This document shows, in pieces, positions 15,604-25,328 of a stretch of 32,000 nt of DNA. The stretch's first letter is position 1, and every line of letters begins with the position of its first letter. The translations under genes were made by a program, and so were the position numbers. This DNA is from Alkalilimnicola ehrlichii MLHE-1. GTDB taxonomy: Bacteria; Pseudomonadota; Gammaproteobacteria; Nitrococcales; Halorhodospiraceae. Location of the stretch: assembly GCF_000014785.1 (NCBI RefSeq), contig NC_008340.1, positions 240,001-272,000 on the forward strand, given 5' to 3'. The notes beneath the pieces are model-generated. The model was not told the DNA's origin. It saw only the letters and a program-made list of their open reading frames with translations, and ran no database searches.

Positions 15604-16749
15604 GTGACTCGCAACAACCCCCTAAGAGAGCTGATCGAATTGGGCCAAAGCCCCTGGTTCGACAATATTCATCGCCGCATGCTGGAACAGGGCGAGCTCC
15701 AGCGCCTGGTGGAGGAGGACGGCCTGCGCGGGGTGACATCCAACCCCACCATCTTCCAGAAGGCGATCGGTGGTAGTGACGCTTACGACGCCGCCATCGC
15801 CGACGCCCTGGCCGCCGCGCCGGAGCTGGATGCTGAGGGGTTATTCATGCACCTGGCCCTGGCCGATATCCGTGCCGCCGCCGACGTGCTGCGCCCGGTC
15901 TGGGAGCAGACCGACGGTGCCGACGGTTTCGTCAGCATGGAGGTCTCGCCGGAACTGGCCTGGGACACTGACCGCACCATTGCCCAGGCCCGAGAGCTTT
16001 TCGCCCGCGTCGACCGGCCCAATGTGATGATCAAGGTGCCGGCCACCCGCGAGGGCCTACCGGCCATTGAGGCGCTGATCGCCGATGGGATCAGCGTCAA
16101 CGTCACCCTGCTGTTTTCCGTGCAACGCTACACCGAGGTGGTCGAGTCCTGGTTGGAGGGCCTGCGGCGCCGGCGCGAGGCCGGGCTGCCGGTGAATGAT
16201 GTGCAGTCGGTGGCCAGCTTTTTCGTCAGCCGGGTGGACAACAAGGCGGACCCCATCCTGCAGGCCGCCGGGGACGCCGGGGCCCGCGAGCTGCTGGGCA
16301 GTGCCGCGATCGCCAACGCCCGCGCTGCCTATGCCCATATGCAGCGGTGGTTGAGTGGCCCGCGCTGGCCAGAGCTGGCCGCCGTGGGCGCCCGCCCGCA
16401 ACGCCTGCTGTGGGCGAGCACCGGCACCAAGAACCCGGACTACTCCGACGTCCTCTACGTGGACCGGCTCGTCGGGCGGAACACGGTCACCACCCTGCCG
16501 CCGGCCACCTGGGAGGCCTTCCGTGACCACGGCGCCGCCCGGCCGGTGCTGGAGGACGGCGACGACGGTGCCGCCACCCTGGCTGCCCTGGCCCGCCACG
16601 GCGTGCAAATGGACACCATTACCGCCGAGTTGGAGCGCGAGGGGGTGCAGGCCTTCGTGGATTCCTACCGCGACCTGCTGGGCACGCTGCAGCGCAAGGC
16701 GGCCCAACTGGGGGCCACACCGGCCCGCGGCAACGCGGAGGGTGCATGA
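15604..16749 (+). CDS. tal: transaldolase
   Basis: GTG start at 15604, 6 nt after GGAGG; the ORF-track start at 15346 overlaps arxR. Motifs seen: SPWFDNI, GVTSNPTIF, and Schiff-base lysine MIKVPAT. 381 aa. Confidence 0.85.
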   Translation: MTRNNPLRELIELGQSPWFDNIHRRMLEQGELQRLVEEDGLRGVTSNPTIFQKAIGGSDAYDAAIADALAAAPELDAEGLFMHLALADIRAAADVLRPVWEQTDGADGFVSMEVSPELAWDTDRTIAQARELFARVDRPNVMIKVPATREGLPAIEALIADGISVNVTLLFSVQRYTEVVESWLEGLRRRREAGLPVNDVQSVASFFVSRVDNKADPILQAAGDAGARELLGSAAIANARAAYAHMQRWLSGPRWPELAAVGARPQRLLWASTGTKNPDYSDVLYVDRLVGRNTVTTLPPATWEAFRDHGAARPVLEDGDDGAATLAALARHGVQMDTITAELEREGVQAFVDSYRDLLGTLQRKAAQLGATPARGNAEGA

Positions 16750-17132
16750 GCGACGAGCAGGAGCGCTACTGCATCGAGGTGGACGTGGATCCGGCCTACG
16801 TGGCGGATCAGTCTGATCCGGCCGAGGACCGCTACGTCTTCTCCTATACCATCACCATCAAGAACCTGGGCGCGGTGACCGCCCAGGTGGTCAGCCGCCA
16901 CTGGGTGATCACCGACGGCAGCGGTCACGAGCGCGAGGTGCGTGGCGAGGGTGTGGTCGGCGAGCAGCCCCGCATCAAGCCCGGCGAGGGCTTTCGCTAC
17001 ACCAGCGGGGCCATCCTGGAGACGCCGGTGGGCAGCATGCACGGCAGCTACCACCTGGTGGCCGAAGACGGCACGGTCTTCAACGCCGATATTCCCGCCT
17101 TTACCCTGGCTGTGCCGCACACGCTGCATTAA
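16746..17132 (+). CDS. apaG: ApaG (DUF525) protein
   Basis: 128 aa. Motifs [21 protein letters not shown] and [17 protein letters not shown] are typical of ApaG. ATGA overlap with the tal stop. Confidence 0.9.
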   Translation: MSDEQERYCIEVDVDPAYVADQSDPAEDRYVFSYTITIKNLGAVTAQVVSRHWVITDGSGHEREVRGEGVVGEQPRIKPGEGFRYTSGAILETPVGSMHGSYHLVAEDGTVFNADIPAFTLAVPHTLH

Positions 17133-17179
17133 TCTGCCCACTCGGCGCGAACCCCAACACCAGCATCGGGAGTTGTACG

Positions 17180-18019
17180 TTGGCTGTCTACGCGATCGGC
17201 GATCTGCAGGGCTGTCTGTCTCCGCTGGAGGCGCTGCTGGAGCAGCTGCGCTTCGATCCCGCCCGGGACCGCATCTGGTTCGTGGGCGATCTGGTCAACC
17301 GGGGCCCCGATTCGGTACGGGTGTTGCGCTACGTGCGTGCCCTGGGCGAGGCCGCCGTCACCACCCTCGGCAACCACGACCTGCACCTGCTGGCGGTGTG
17401 GGCGGGCACGGCCCGGGCCAAGCGCAAGGACACCGTCCACCAGGTGCTGGATGCCCCCGATGGCGAGGAGCTTCTGCACTGGCTGCGCTTTCAGCACCTG
17501 ACCTGGCGCGACGACGATCTGGGTTACTTCATGGTTCATGCCGGGGTGCCGCCGGTGTGGAGCCTGGATGAGGCCGAGACCCGCGGCCGCGAGCTGGAGG
17601 CGGTGCTGCGCAGTGAGGACTACCTGGCCTTTTTCGAGAACATGTACGGCAACCAGCCCGACCGCTGGGATGAGGGGCTGACCGGTTGGGACCGGCTGCG
17701 CTATATCTGCAATGCCTTCACCCGCATGCGCTATGTGGACGCCGACGGCCGCCTGGACCTGCGTTGCAACAGCGCGCCGGGTAGCCAGCCGGATGGCCTC
17801 TACCCCTGGTACGAGGTGCGCGAACGCCTGCGCCCGGAGCCGGACCCGCTCACCATCGTCAGCGGCCACTGGTCCACCCTCGGGCTTTGCCAGCGCGGCG
17901 GCAATGTGGCCATCGACACCGGCTGCCTCTGGGGCGGCTCCCTTACCGCCCTGCGCCTGGACAGCGACGAGCGCGAGATCATCAGCCGCCCCTGCCCGGC
18001 CTTCCTGGAGCCGAAGTAG
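17180..18019 (+). CDS. apaH: bis(5'-nucleosyl)-tetraphosphatase (symmetrical)
   Basis: 279 aa with a TTG start. Metallophosphatase motifs [18 protein letters not shown] and GNHD. Confidence 0.9.
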
Positions 18020-18037
18020 CGCGCGCCGCCCCGCGGG

Positions 18038-18598
18038 TCACGCATGGAGAGCGGCGCGCAGGCGGGCCCAATCAAAGGCCGGGCCCGGGTCGGTCTTGCG
18101 CCCCGGTGCCACATCGCTGTGGCCCACCACCCGCTCCGGCGTGATCCCCGGAAAGGCCGCCATCAGTGTTCGGCACAGGGGGCCGAGCACCTGGTACTGG
18201 GCCTCGGTGTAGGGCGTCTCGTCCGTGCCCTCCAGCTCGATCCCGATGGCGAAGTCGTTGCAGCGCTCGCGACCGGCGAGGCGGGACTGGCCGGCGTGCC
18301 AAGCCCGCCGGTGCAACGGCACATACTGCGTCAGCGCGCCGTCCCTCCGGATCAGCAGGTGGCAGGAGACCCGCAGCCGGTGCACCCGGGCGAAGTAGGG
18401 GTGGGCATCGGCCGGCAGCCGGTTGGTGAACAGCCGGTCGATCCAGGGACCGCCGAACGCCCCCGGCGGCAGGCTGATGCCGTGAATGATCAGCGCGTCC
18501 ACCGCTACCCCCGCCGGGCGGGCATCCTGGTTGGGCGAGGGGTGCTGGTGGGCCGGCCGGATCAGGCCGCTGGCCGGGTCGTACCGGAACGTGGGCAT
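18038..18598 (-). CDS. ampD: 1,6-anhydro-N-acetylmuramyl-L-alanine amidase
   Basis: Start at MPTFRYDPASGL (cat 18596-18598). Amidase_2 motifs IHGISLPPG, RAWHAGQS, GIELEG and GHSDVAPGRKTDPG. 186 aa. Confidence 0.88.
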   Translation of the reverse strand: MPTFRYDPASGLIRPAHQHPSPNQDARPAGVAVDALIIHGISLPPGAFGGPWIDRLFTNRLPADAHPYFARVHRLRVSCHLLIRRDGALTQYVPLHRRAWHAGQSRLAGRERCNDFAIGIELEGTDETPYTEAQYQVLGPLCRTLMAAFPGITPERVVGHSDVAPGRKTDPGPAFDWARLRAALHA

Positions 18599-18661
18599 GG
18601 GGCGCGGGCTCCTGGGTTGGTAGACTGAATACTTGTATCCGATGGCCGTGGAGGTGAACTG

Positions 18662-20755
18662 ATGGCTGCAGTCGGCAACCGCCTGGGTGATGCCACCAGC
18701 CCCTACCTGCTCCAGCACGCCGATAACCCGGTGCACTGGCAGCCCTGGGACGATCGGGCGCTCGCCCTGGCGCGGGAGCAGGGCAAGCCTATTCTACTGT
18801 CCATCGGCTACTCCGCGTGCCACTGGTGCCATGTGATGGCCCACGAGTCGTTCGAGGATCCGGCGATCGCCCGCCTGATGAACGAGCGGTTCATCAATAT
18901 CAAGGTGGACCGCGAGGAGCGCCCGGACCTGGACCGCATCTATCAGACGGCCCATCAACTGCTCACCCGCCGGCCCGGGGGCTGGCCGTTGACCCTGGTG
19001 CTGACCCCCGACGACCAGACGCCGGTGTTCGCGGGTACCTATTTCCCGCCTGACACCCGCGGCGGCATGCCGGGCTTTGCCGATGTGCTGCGCCAGGTGG
19101 ACGAGGCCATTCGCAGCCAGCCACAGGCGGTGGCCGACCAGAACCGAGCATTGCGCCATGCCCTTGGCCGGTTGGCCCACGCCCCCGCCGATGGCGGCGA
19201 CGCGGCGTTGGGCAATGCCCCCCTGAGGGCGGCCCGCGATGCCCTCGCCGACAGTTTCGACCGGGTCCACGGCGGTTTCGGGGCCGCGCCCAAGTTTCCC
19301 CATCCGGGCGGTATCGAACGGCTCCTGCGCCACTATGCACTCACCCTGGTCACCGGTGATGGGCCGGACCGGGATGCTCTGCACATGGCCTGCCACACGC
19401 TGCGCCGGATGGCCCTGGGGGGGATCTACGACCAGGTGGGCGGCGGTTTCGCCCGCTACTCGGTGGACGAGTACTGGATGATCCCCCACTTCGAGAAGAT
19501 GCTCTGCGACAACGCCCTTCTGCTCGGCCTCTACGCCGACGCCTGGCATGCCACCGGGGATGGGCTCTACGCCCGGGTGGTCCAGGAGACGGCCGAGTGG
19601 GTGCGGGCCGAGATGGAGCGCCCGGAGGGCGGCTACTGCACCAGCCTGGATGCCGACTCCGAGGGTGGGGAGGGTCGCTACTACCTCTGGACCCCGGACG
19701 AGGTTCGCGAGCTCCTCGACGAGGACGAATGGCGGCTGGTGGAACACCGCTTCGGCCTGGACGAGCCCGCCAACTTCGAGGGTCGCTGGCACCTGCATGT
19801 GCAGGCCAGCTTCTCCGAGTCGGCGCGGCGCCTGGGTCGCCCGCGCGAGCAGGTGGTGGCCCTCTGGCAGAGCGCCCGCCAGAAACTGCAGCGGGCGCGG
19901 GGCCAACGGGTGCGCCCCGGCCGTGACGACAAGGTGTTAACCGCCTGGAACGGGTTGATGATCGCGGCGTTGGCTCGCGCCGGCCGTCTGCTGGACGAGC
20001 CGGCCTGGACCGCCTCGGCACTGCGTGCGCTGGGCTTTCTGCGAGAACGGCTGGCGGACGACCAGGGTCGCCTGTACGCGAGCTGGCGGGCGGGCCGGGC
20101 CGCCCATCAGGCCTGTCTGGAGGACTACGCTTACCTGCTGGAGGGGGTGCTGGAGTGCCTGCAGAGCGAGTGGTCCGACGACCGGCTTGGCTTCGCCCTG
20201 CACCTGGCGGACACGCTGCTCGAGCGCTTTCAGGACAAGGACGAGGGCGGGTTCTGGATGACCGCCGACGACCATGAGCCGTTGATTCATCGCCCCCGTC
20301 CGCTGGCCGACGACAGCCTGCCCTCGGGCAACGCCGTGGCCTTGCGTGCCCTGCAGCGTCTCGGCCATCTGCTGGGCGAGCCGCGCTATCTGGAGGCGGT
20401 GGCGCGGGGGCTTCGGGCCGCCGCCGGCGCTATCGCCCGCATGCCCGAGGCCCATGCCAGTCTGCTCACGGCCCTGGAGGAGTATCTCTACCCGCCGGAG
20501 ATCGTGGTGATCCGCGGCGCACCGGAGGTCACGGGCCCCTGGCGCACCCGGGCCCTGAAATACTACACGCCCAATCGCCTGGTCTTTGCCCTGCCGGCGG
20601 ACGCCGCGCCTCCGGGGGTGCTGTCCGGACGGCAGACCGAAGGGGCGGCGCCCGCGGCCTGGGTGTGCAGTGGAAAGACCTGCCGCGCCCCGGTGCGGAG
20701 CCTGGACGAACTGGAGCGGGTTCTGGCACACCCGGATTTCCGTTCCATGGATTGA
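18662..20755 (+). CDS. thioredoxin-domain protein of the DUF255/YyaL family (N-terminal Trx-like domain plus (alpha/alpha)6 barrel)
   Basis: 697 aa. Motifs seen: [48 protein letters not shown]. Confidence 0.88.
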   Translation: MAAVGNRLGDATSPYLLQHADNPVHWQPWDDRALALAREQGKPILLSIGYSACHWCHVMAHESFEDPAIARLMNERFINIKVDREERPDLDRIYQTAHQLLTRRPGGWPLTLVLTPDDQTPVFAGTYFPPDTRGGMPGFADVLRQVDEAIRSQPQAVADQNRALRHALGRLAHAPADGGDAALGNAPLRAARDALADSFDRVHGGFGAAPKFPHPGGIERLLRHYALTLVTGDGPDRDALHMACHTLRRMALGGIYDQVGGGFARYSVDEYWMIPHFEKMLCDNALLLGLYADAWHATGDGLYARVVQETAEWVRAEMERPEGGYCTSLDADSEGGEGRYYLWTPDEVRELLDEDEWRLVEHRFGLDEPANFEGRWHLHVQASFSESARRLGRPREQVVALWQSARQKLQRARGQRVRPGRDDKVLTAWNGLMIAALARAGRLLDEPAWTASALRALGFLRERLADDQGRLYASWRAGRAAHQACLEDYAYLLEGVLECLQSEWSDDRLGFALHLADTLLERFQDKDEGGFWMTADDHEPLIHRPRPLADDSLPSGNAVALRALQRLGHLLGEPRYLEAVARGLRAAAGAIARMPEAHASLLTALEEYLYPPEIVVIRGAPEVTGPWRTRALKYYTPNRLVFALPADAAPPGVLSGRQTEGAAPAAWVCSGKTCRAPVRSLDELERVLAHPDFRSMD

Positions 20756-20841
20756 TTCGTATATCATTGTTATAGAATATGAGTTTGTCGGCGCGCCCCG
20801 GCCGCCCGGCACCAGCCTTGCCAGTGGGAGTGACAGACACC

Positions 20842-21330
20842 ATGCGGTTGACCGTCTATAGCGATTACGCATTCCGGGTGCTCGTCTACCTGGGCACGCG
20901 GCCGGGTGAGCGGGCCACCATTCGCGGTATCGCCGATTGCTACGGCATCTCCCGCAACCACCTGACCAAGGTGGTGCACCAACTGGGCAGCCAGGGCTAC
21001 ATCGAAACGGTGCGCGGCAAGGGGGGCGGGCTGCGCCTGACCCGGGACCCGGAGGGCATCGGCGTGGGCGAGGTGCTGCGCGACACCGAGGAGGGTTTCG
21101 GCCTGGTCGAATGCATGCGCCCGAGCGGGCGCGGGATGTGCCGCATCGAGGGGGGCTGCCGTTTGCGCGGCGTGCTGGGTGAGGCGACCCGCGCCTTCCT
21201 GGCGGTCCTGGACCGCTACACCCTGGCCGATCTCCTGGAAAACCGGGACGAGCTGGCGCAATTGCTCGCCGGGCCGGTGCCCGCCCCCGACGAGTCCTCA
21301 GAGCCTTCCGAGCCGTCAGCCTCGGCGTAG
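20842..21330 (+). CDS. nsrR: Rrf2-family Fe-S transcriptional regulator, NsrR-like
   Basis: Start at MRLTVYSDYAFRVLVYLG (ATG 20842, SD GGGAG). wHTH reads IADCYGISRNHLTKVVHQL. Three-Cys cluster CMRPSGRGMCRIEGGC. It is adjacent to nnrS. Confidence 0.75.
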   Translation: MRLTVYSDYAFRVLVYLGTRPGERATIRGIADCYGISRNHLTKVVHQLGSQGYIETVRGKGGGLRLTRDPEGIGVGEVLRDTEEGFGLVECMRPSGRGMCRIEGGCRLRGVLGEATRAFLAVLDRYTLADLLENRDELAQLLAGPVPAPDESSEPSEPSASA

Positions 21331-22488
21331 GTCGCCGGCCATCGGCTGGGCATCCGCCCGGGGCCGCAGGAGGATCGGCAGGAAGTGCACTAGATAGAGC
21401 GCAAACGCCACTGCCCACAAGACGGCTGAGGTGTGCAGTAGCGCGGAGCCGCCCCAGCCCAGGGCGGTGACCACCCGGGTGAGGGCAGCGGCGTTGACCA
21501 GCACAAAGGCGGCGGTCATCCCCGGCCCCACGGACAGCGGGCGGCCGGTGTGACCCAACGCCACCCTCGCGATCATCCCCAGCCCCAGGGCGCCCAAGGC
21601 GCCGGTCATCAGGGCGTGCACACCGGCGGTCGCCGGCACACCCAGGCCGAAGGCCGACGCCGCCAGCAGGGCGTAACCCACCGCCAGCCAGAGGTAGCCC
21701 AGGTGGAGTATCCAGAGCAGCGGCTCACCGCGTGTGGCCAGCGGCCGCCAGTCGGAGAGTCGCAGGACCAGGACGATGGCGGTCAGCGCCAGCACCAACC
21801 CGGTGACCGGGTTGTGGGGGATCAGCAGCCAAGCGAGGGTCGAGGCCAGGGCCAGCCCCGCCGCCGCCCAATGCAGCACCGGGCGCTGGACCACCTCCGC
21901 CTGCGGCAACCGCCGCCCGGTAAAGAAGGGGATCACCCGGCCACCCATCAGCACCATCAACAACGCCACCATCAACACGGCGGTGAGCAGTGCCGGGCGA
22001 CCCCAGCCGAGTGCGATGCCAAGCAGATCCAGGTGGATCAGGCCGTTGAGCAGGGCCAGGGCCAGCAGGATGGGTAGGAACAGCAGGTTACGGCGATTGC
22101 CGGTGAGCAGCAGTGGCCGGGCCAGGGCCACGGCGACCAGCGGCAGAAAGGCCACGTCCAATGCCGCCAGCGCCACCGGTGGGAACCATGGCGGGTGGGT
22201 AAAGCCCAGCCGCGCCAGGGCCCAGAGCAGCACCAGGCCAAGCAGCGCCCAAGGGCCCACGGCACGGATGCCGGTCCAGTTCTGTACCGCGGTCAGCAGG
22301 AAGCCGGCGATTATCGCAGCGGCGAAGCCGAAGACCATCTCGTGACCGTGCCAGATCAGGGGGTTGAGCCCGACCGGGCCGGGGGTGCCACTGCCGGCCA
22401 GCCAGACCACCCACTGTAACACCGAGAAGGCCCCAAACAGGGCGGCCAGCAGGAAGAAGGGACGGTAGGGCTGTGACAGCAGGGGCAT
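21316..22488 (-). CDS. nnrS: NnrS family membrane protein (NO-stress associated heme-copper protein)
   Basis: 390 aa and polytopic. The N-terminus PYRPFFLLAALFGAFSVLQWV...WHGHEMVFGFAAAIIAGFLLTAVQNWTG is typical of NnrS. Confidence 0.88.
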   Translation of the reverse strand: MPLLSQPYRPFFLLAALFGAFSVLQWVVWLAGSGTPGPVGLNPLIWHGHEMVFGFAAAIIAGFLLTAVQNWTGIRAVGPWALLGLVLLWALARLGFTHPPWFPPVALAALDVAFLPLVAVALARPLLLTGNRRNLLFLPILLALALLNGLIHLDLLGIALGWGRPALLTAVLMVALLMVLMGGRVIPFFTGRRLPQAEVVQRPVLHWAAAGLALASTLAWLLIPHNPVTGLVLALTAIVLVLRLSDWRPLATRGEPLLWILHLGYLWLAVGYALLAASAFGLGVPATAGVHALMTGALGALGLGMIARVALGHTGRPLSVGPGMTAAFVLVNAAALTRVVTALGWGGSALLHTSAVLWAVAFALYLVHFLPILLRPRADAQPMAGDLRRG

Positions 22489-22503
22489 GGCGCGGGCCTC
22501 GGT

Positions 22504-22549
22504 AAGATGCGTACAATGCGCATGTTAATGTCGGAGGCGCTGCTTGTCA
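22504..22549 (-). promoter_or_regulatory. nnrS promoter (TGACAA-N16-TAACAT, 22522-22549) overlapped by an NsrR-like 11-1-11 box (22504-22526)
   Basis: The plus strand reads AAGATGCGTACAATGCGCATGTT. By my own count it matches 15 of 22 defined positions of the enterobacterial-type NsrR consensus AAGATGCATTT-N-AAATGCATCTT, as I recall that consensus. The outer arms are conserved. Confidence 0.45.
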
Positions 22550-22797
22550 CCCTCCCTTGGCGGATAGCGGCGGTGGTCAGGAGGCGGCGCTGTCAACGAG
22601 GGGGAACGTCCCGGCCCTGGATTTGTCATAATGGGCGGATAACATAACGATTAATCCAAGCACTGGGCTCGGGTGTGTGCCGCCCGCCTCCCGTTTCAGC
22701 GATCTGAGACGATTTGTCGCGGGATGTAAGCCTGCAGCACTCAACACCCTGTGCTAGTAAAAGCAATAAACCCCACATAAATGTGCGCGGAGTACCC

Positions 22798-23793
22798 ATG
22801 TCTGTCCCCTGCAATCTGATTACCGGCGCCCTGGGTGTCGGCAAGTCCACGGCCATACGCCACCTGCTCAAGCATCATCGCCCCAAAGGGGAGCGCTGGG
22901 CGGTGTTGGTCAACGAGGTCGGGGCCGTGCCCGTCGATCAAGCGGCCCTGTCGGTGGACGACAACGTGGTGGTGGCAGACCTGCCCGGCGGCTGCCTGTG
23001 CTGTACCCTGGGCGCGCCTTTTGATCGCACCCTCAAGCGACTGCTGCGCCGGGAGCGGCCCGACCGCCTGCTGATCGAGCCCACCGGTTTGGGCCATCCG
23101 GCCCGCATCCTGCAGACCCTGCGGGAGGGGCCCGTGGCGGCGTCGGTCCGGTTGGGTGCCACCATTACGCTGGTGGATCCGCGGCAATGGCGCAGTGGCG
23201 AATTGGCGGATAATCCGGCCTGGTGGGACCAGATCGAGCTCGCCGACGTCCTCGTGGCCAACAAGGCCGACCTCGCCCCCTCGGGCGATGTCGCCGCCTT
23301 CATGGGGTGGGCGGCGGACCTGTTCCCGCCCAAGGCGCGGGTGGAGATCACCCGCCACGGCCAGCTCAACCCGGAGTGGCTATCCGAACCCTGCGATTCC
23401 GGACGCTCGCCGCTGTTCCCCGATGCCCATCAGGTGGCCGCTGGGGACTATGTCCAGCAGGGTGCCGAGCCGGTGGATGAAGGGGTCTGGCGGGCCTGCG
23501 GCCGGTCACTGGGCCAACGCAGCGTCGGCTGGGTGTTCGCGGCAGCCACGGTGTTTGACCGTCAACGCCTGCTGCGCACGCTCAACGAACTGCGCCCGGC
23601 GCAGCGCCTGAAGGGCGTCTTTCGCACCGGACGGGACTGGCTGCTGGTGAATGCCGATCGGGACGGGGTGCGGGCCGAGGTCTGTGACTGGCGTCGCGAC
23701 AGTCGTCTGGAGGTCATCGGCCACGAGGATGCCCGGGCCCTGGAGGCGGCGCTGCTGGCCTGCCGGCGCCAACGGGAGAAAGACCCGGTCTGA
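22798..23793 (+). CDS. G3E-family P-loop GTPase (CobW/COG0523 metallochaperone-like)
   Basis: Start at MSVPCNLITGALGVGKST (ATG 22798, SD GGAG). Motifs seen: NEVG, metal motif GCLCCT, IEPTGLGHP, NKADL. 331 aa. Confidence 0.85.
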   Translation: MSVPCNLITGALGVGKSTAIRHLLKHHRPKGERWAVLVNEVGAVPVDQAALSVDDNVVVADLPGGCLCCTLGAPFDRTLKRLLRRERPDRLLIEPTGLGHPARILQTLREGPVAASVRLGATITLVDPRQWRSGELADNPAWWDQIELADVLVANKADLAPSGDVAAFMGWAADLFPPKARVEITRHGQLNPEWLSEPCDSGRSPLFPDAHQVAAGDYVQQGAEPVDEGVWRACGRSLGQRSVGWVFAAATVFDRQRLLRTLNELRPAQRLKGVFRTGRDWLLVNADRDGVRAEVCDWRRDSRLEVIGHEDARALEAALLACRRQREKDPV

Positions 23794-23804
23794 AGCCCGG
23801 GGCA

Positions 23805-23840
23805 CCACCCGCCGGGGCGTGGCTACCCCCAGGCGGGTGG
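23805..23840. terminator. GC-rich hairpin between convergent genes (9-bp stem CCACCCGCC/GGCGGGTGG, 18-nt loop)
   Basis: Seen directly in the sequence. There is no U-tract on either side. Confidence 0.25.
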
Positions 23841-23893
23841 ATCGCCGCGGCGCCCCGCGCCGCGCGATGACGCTTCACCGGGCGGGCGTTGCC

Positions 23894-24193
23894 TCAGGCG
23901 CTGGCCTTGCTGTGAGTGCAGCTGCCCCCGCCACAACAGCCGCCCCCGCTCTCCTTCTTTTTGCCGCCGGACTCGGCGCCGCCCCCGCCGTCGGCCACAT
24001 TGCGTCGGTTACCGGACTTGAAGTCCGTCTCATACCAGCCGCTGCCCTTGAGCCGGAAGCCCGCCGCCGAGATCTTGCGTTGCAGCGCGGGTGCCCCGCA
24101 CTCGGGGCAGTCGGTGAGCGGCGCGTCGCTCATGGATTGAATGGCTTCCAGTTCATGCGCACACTGGTCGCATCGGTACTCGTAAATGGGCAT
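23894..24193 (-). CDS. FmdB-family zinc-ribbon protein
   Basis: Start at MPIYEYRCDQCAHELE (cat 24191-24193, SD GGAGGAAG). Second CxxC in CPECG. Gly/Cys-rich tail GGGCCGGGSC. 99 aa. Confidence 0.8.
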   Translation of the reverse strand: MPIYEYRCDQCAHELEAIQSMSDAPLTDCPECGAPALQRKISAAGFRLKGSGWYETDFKSGNRRNVADGGGGAESGGKKKESGGGCCGGGSCTHSKASA

Positions 24194-24346
24194 GGATCGC
24201 TTCCTCCCCGCTGAGCCCAACCCACTGACAAATCCAGTTTACCGGCTGCATACCGCAGCCCTATCGATACCCAGGCATAGATGGGGGCGCCTGGCCCGGT
24301 TTCCAAGTCAAGGTTCCGGCGCACCCGAGGGCAGCGGACCAGCATA

Positions 24347-24382
24347 CCCCCGCCGGCGCGGTGGTGCCAGCGCCGGCGGGGG
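24347..24382 (-). terminator. perfect 13-bp GC hairpin downstream of the OMP gene
   Basis: cccccgccggcgc-N10-gcgccggcggggg lies 37 nt after the stop at 24419. There is no U-tract, so function as an intrinsic terminator is uncertain. Confidence 0.35.
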
Positions 24383-24418
24383 TGGGTGATAGGGGGGGCG
24401 AGGCCTGGGGGTGAGGGG

Positions 24419-24967
24419 TCAGAAGCGCAGCTGGACGCCGGCCCCCACGTGATTGATGTCGGAGTCCAGGTGGGTCCACTCCACCAGGCCGTGCACCTGC
24501 CGGGTGAAGGCGTAGGTCAGGCCCAGGCCCCCGCTGACGTTGGTCTCATTGTCGCTGCGGGTCCGGCTCTCGGCCCCCCGGCGGCGGAATTCGCCGTCGA
24601 TATAGACCACGCCCAAGCGGGCACGCAGGCCGAGTTCGCGGGTTAACGGGGCCCGGTAGACACCGTAAACCGCGTAACTGGTGTAGTTGAAGCGAACCCG
24701 GTTCACGCCCGGGATGCCGGGGCTGGAGTTTTCCGAGTCGCTGAGGGTGGCCGTGATCTCGCCTTCGAAACCGAACCCCTGTCCCCGTTGTCCCAGGTTA
24801 TAGCCCAGGGTTGCGCCCAGGGCCCAGGTGTCGTCGAAGCCGCTGGCACCGATCAGGCTGCGGGCCACCTGTGCGTTGACATAAGGCCCCTCCTGCTGGG
24901 CGGCGGCCAATGCCGGGGTGGCCAGTAGGCAACCCGCGAGACAGAGTGTGGTGATTGGATGTTTCAT
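24419..24967 (-). CDS. small outer-membrane beta-barrel protein (OmpA-like TM / porin family)
   Basis: Start at MKHPITTLCLAGCLLATPALAAAQ (SD GGAGAAGG). Alternating hydrophobic beta-strand pattern. C-terminal GAGVQLRF ends in Phe. 182 aa. Confidence 0.75.
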   Translation of the reverse strand: MKHPITTLCLAGCLLATPALAAAQQEGPYVNAQVARSLIGASGFDDTWALGATLGYNLGQRGQGFGFEGEITATLSDSENSSPGIPGVNRVRFNYTSYAVYGVYRAPLTRELGLRARLGVVYIDGEFRRRGAESRTRSDNETNVSGGLGLTYAFTRQVHGLVEWTHLDSDINHVGAGVQLRF

Positions 24968-25121
24968 AGCGCCTTCTCCGGTTGCCGGATACTCCCTGCC
25001 CAGCATAGGTCACAGGGCGGTCGTATGCCCCGGTGCCGTTGCCTGCCCGCCATGGCGCTGGCCGGGAAATTTGGGCATAGTTAACCCCCCTTCTAATATT
25101 CCTGACTCTGAAAGACCGCTT

Positions 25122-25328
25122 ATGCACGCCGACGAGATACTCTCCACATATTTTTTGCCCGTGGGCCTGGGGTTTTTCATGGCCTATATGATGTTCATCA
25201 TCTGGAAGCTGGGTAAGGACTCCAAGGCTGGTAAATTCGGCATGATCGTGTTGTTCATTGTGCTCGGCTTTGGCATGTTCGGGTTTCTGGTCAAGACGAT
25301 CCTGGTCGAGGTGATGGGGATAGGATGA
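25122..25328 (+). CDS. small two-TM membrane protein, DUF2788-like
   Basis: The 68-aa product is MHADEILSTYFLPVGLGFFMAYMMFIIWKLGKDSKAGKFGMIVLFIVLGFGMFGFLVKTILVEVMGIG. Its stop overlaps the next start (ATGA). Confidence 0.6.
   Translation: MHADEILSTYFLPVGLGFFMAYMMFIIWKLGKDSKAGKFGMIVLFIVLGFGMFGFLVKTILVEVMGIG

Noticed and set aside
20751-20790. AT-rich stretch attgattcgtatatcattgttatagaatatgag upstream of nsrR, as a second NsrR box or autoregulatory site
   Set aside because: It has only weak dyad symmetry and no resemblance to the box at 22504-22526. It is more likely a plain promoter (TTGATT-N15-TAGAAT) with sub-optimal spacing. Not enough support to annotate.
22621-22655. Possible Zur box (TGTCAT ... 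ATAACATAAC) upstream of the COG0523 GTPase gene
   Set aside because: The half-sites are separated by about 9 nt instead of about 3. The sequence is not palindromic, so it does not fit GAAATGTTATAWTATAACATTTC-type boxes.
22530-22797. Cobalamin riboswitch upstream of the CobW-like gene
   Set aside because: I could not find a B12-box (AGYCMGG.GACC.GCC-like) or the conserved GGGAA/GGTG core. A covariance-model scan would be needed to settle it.
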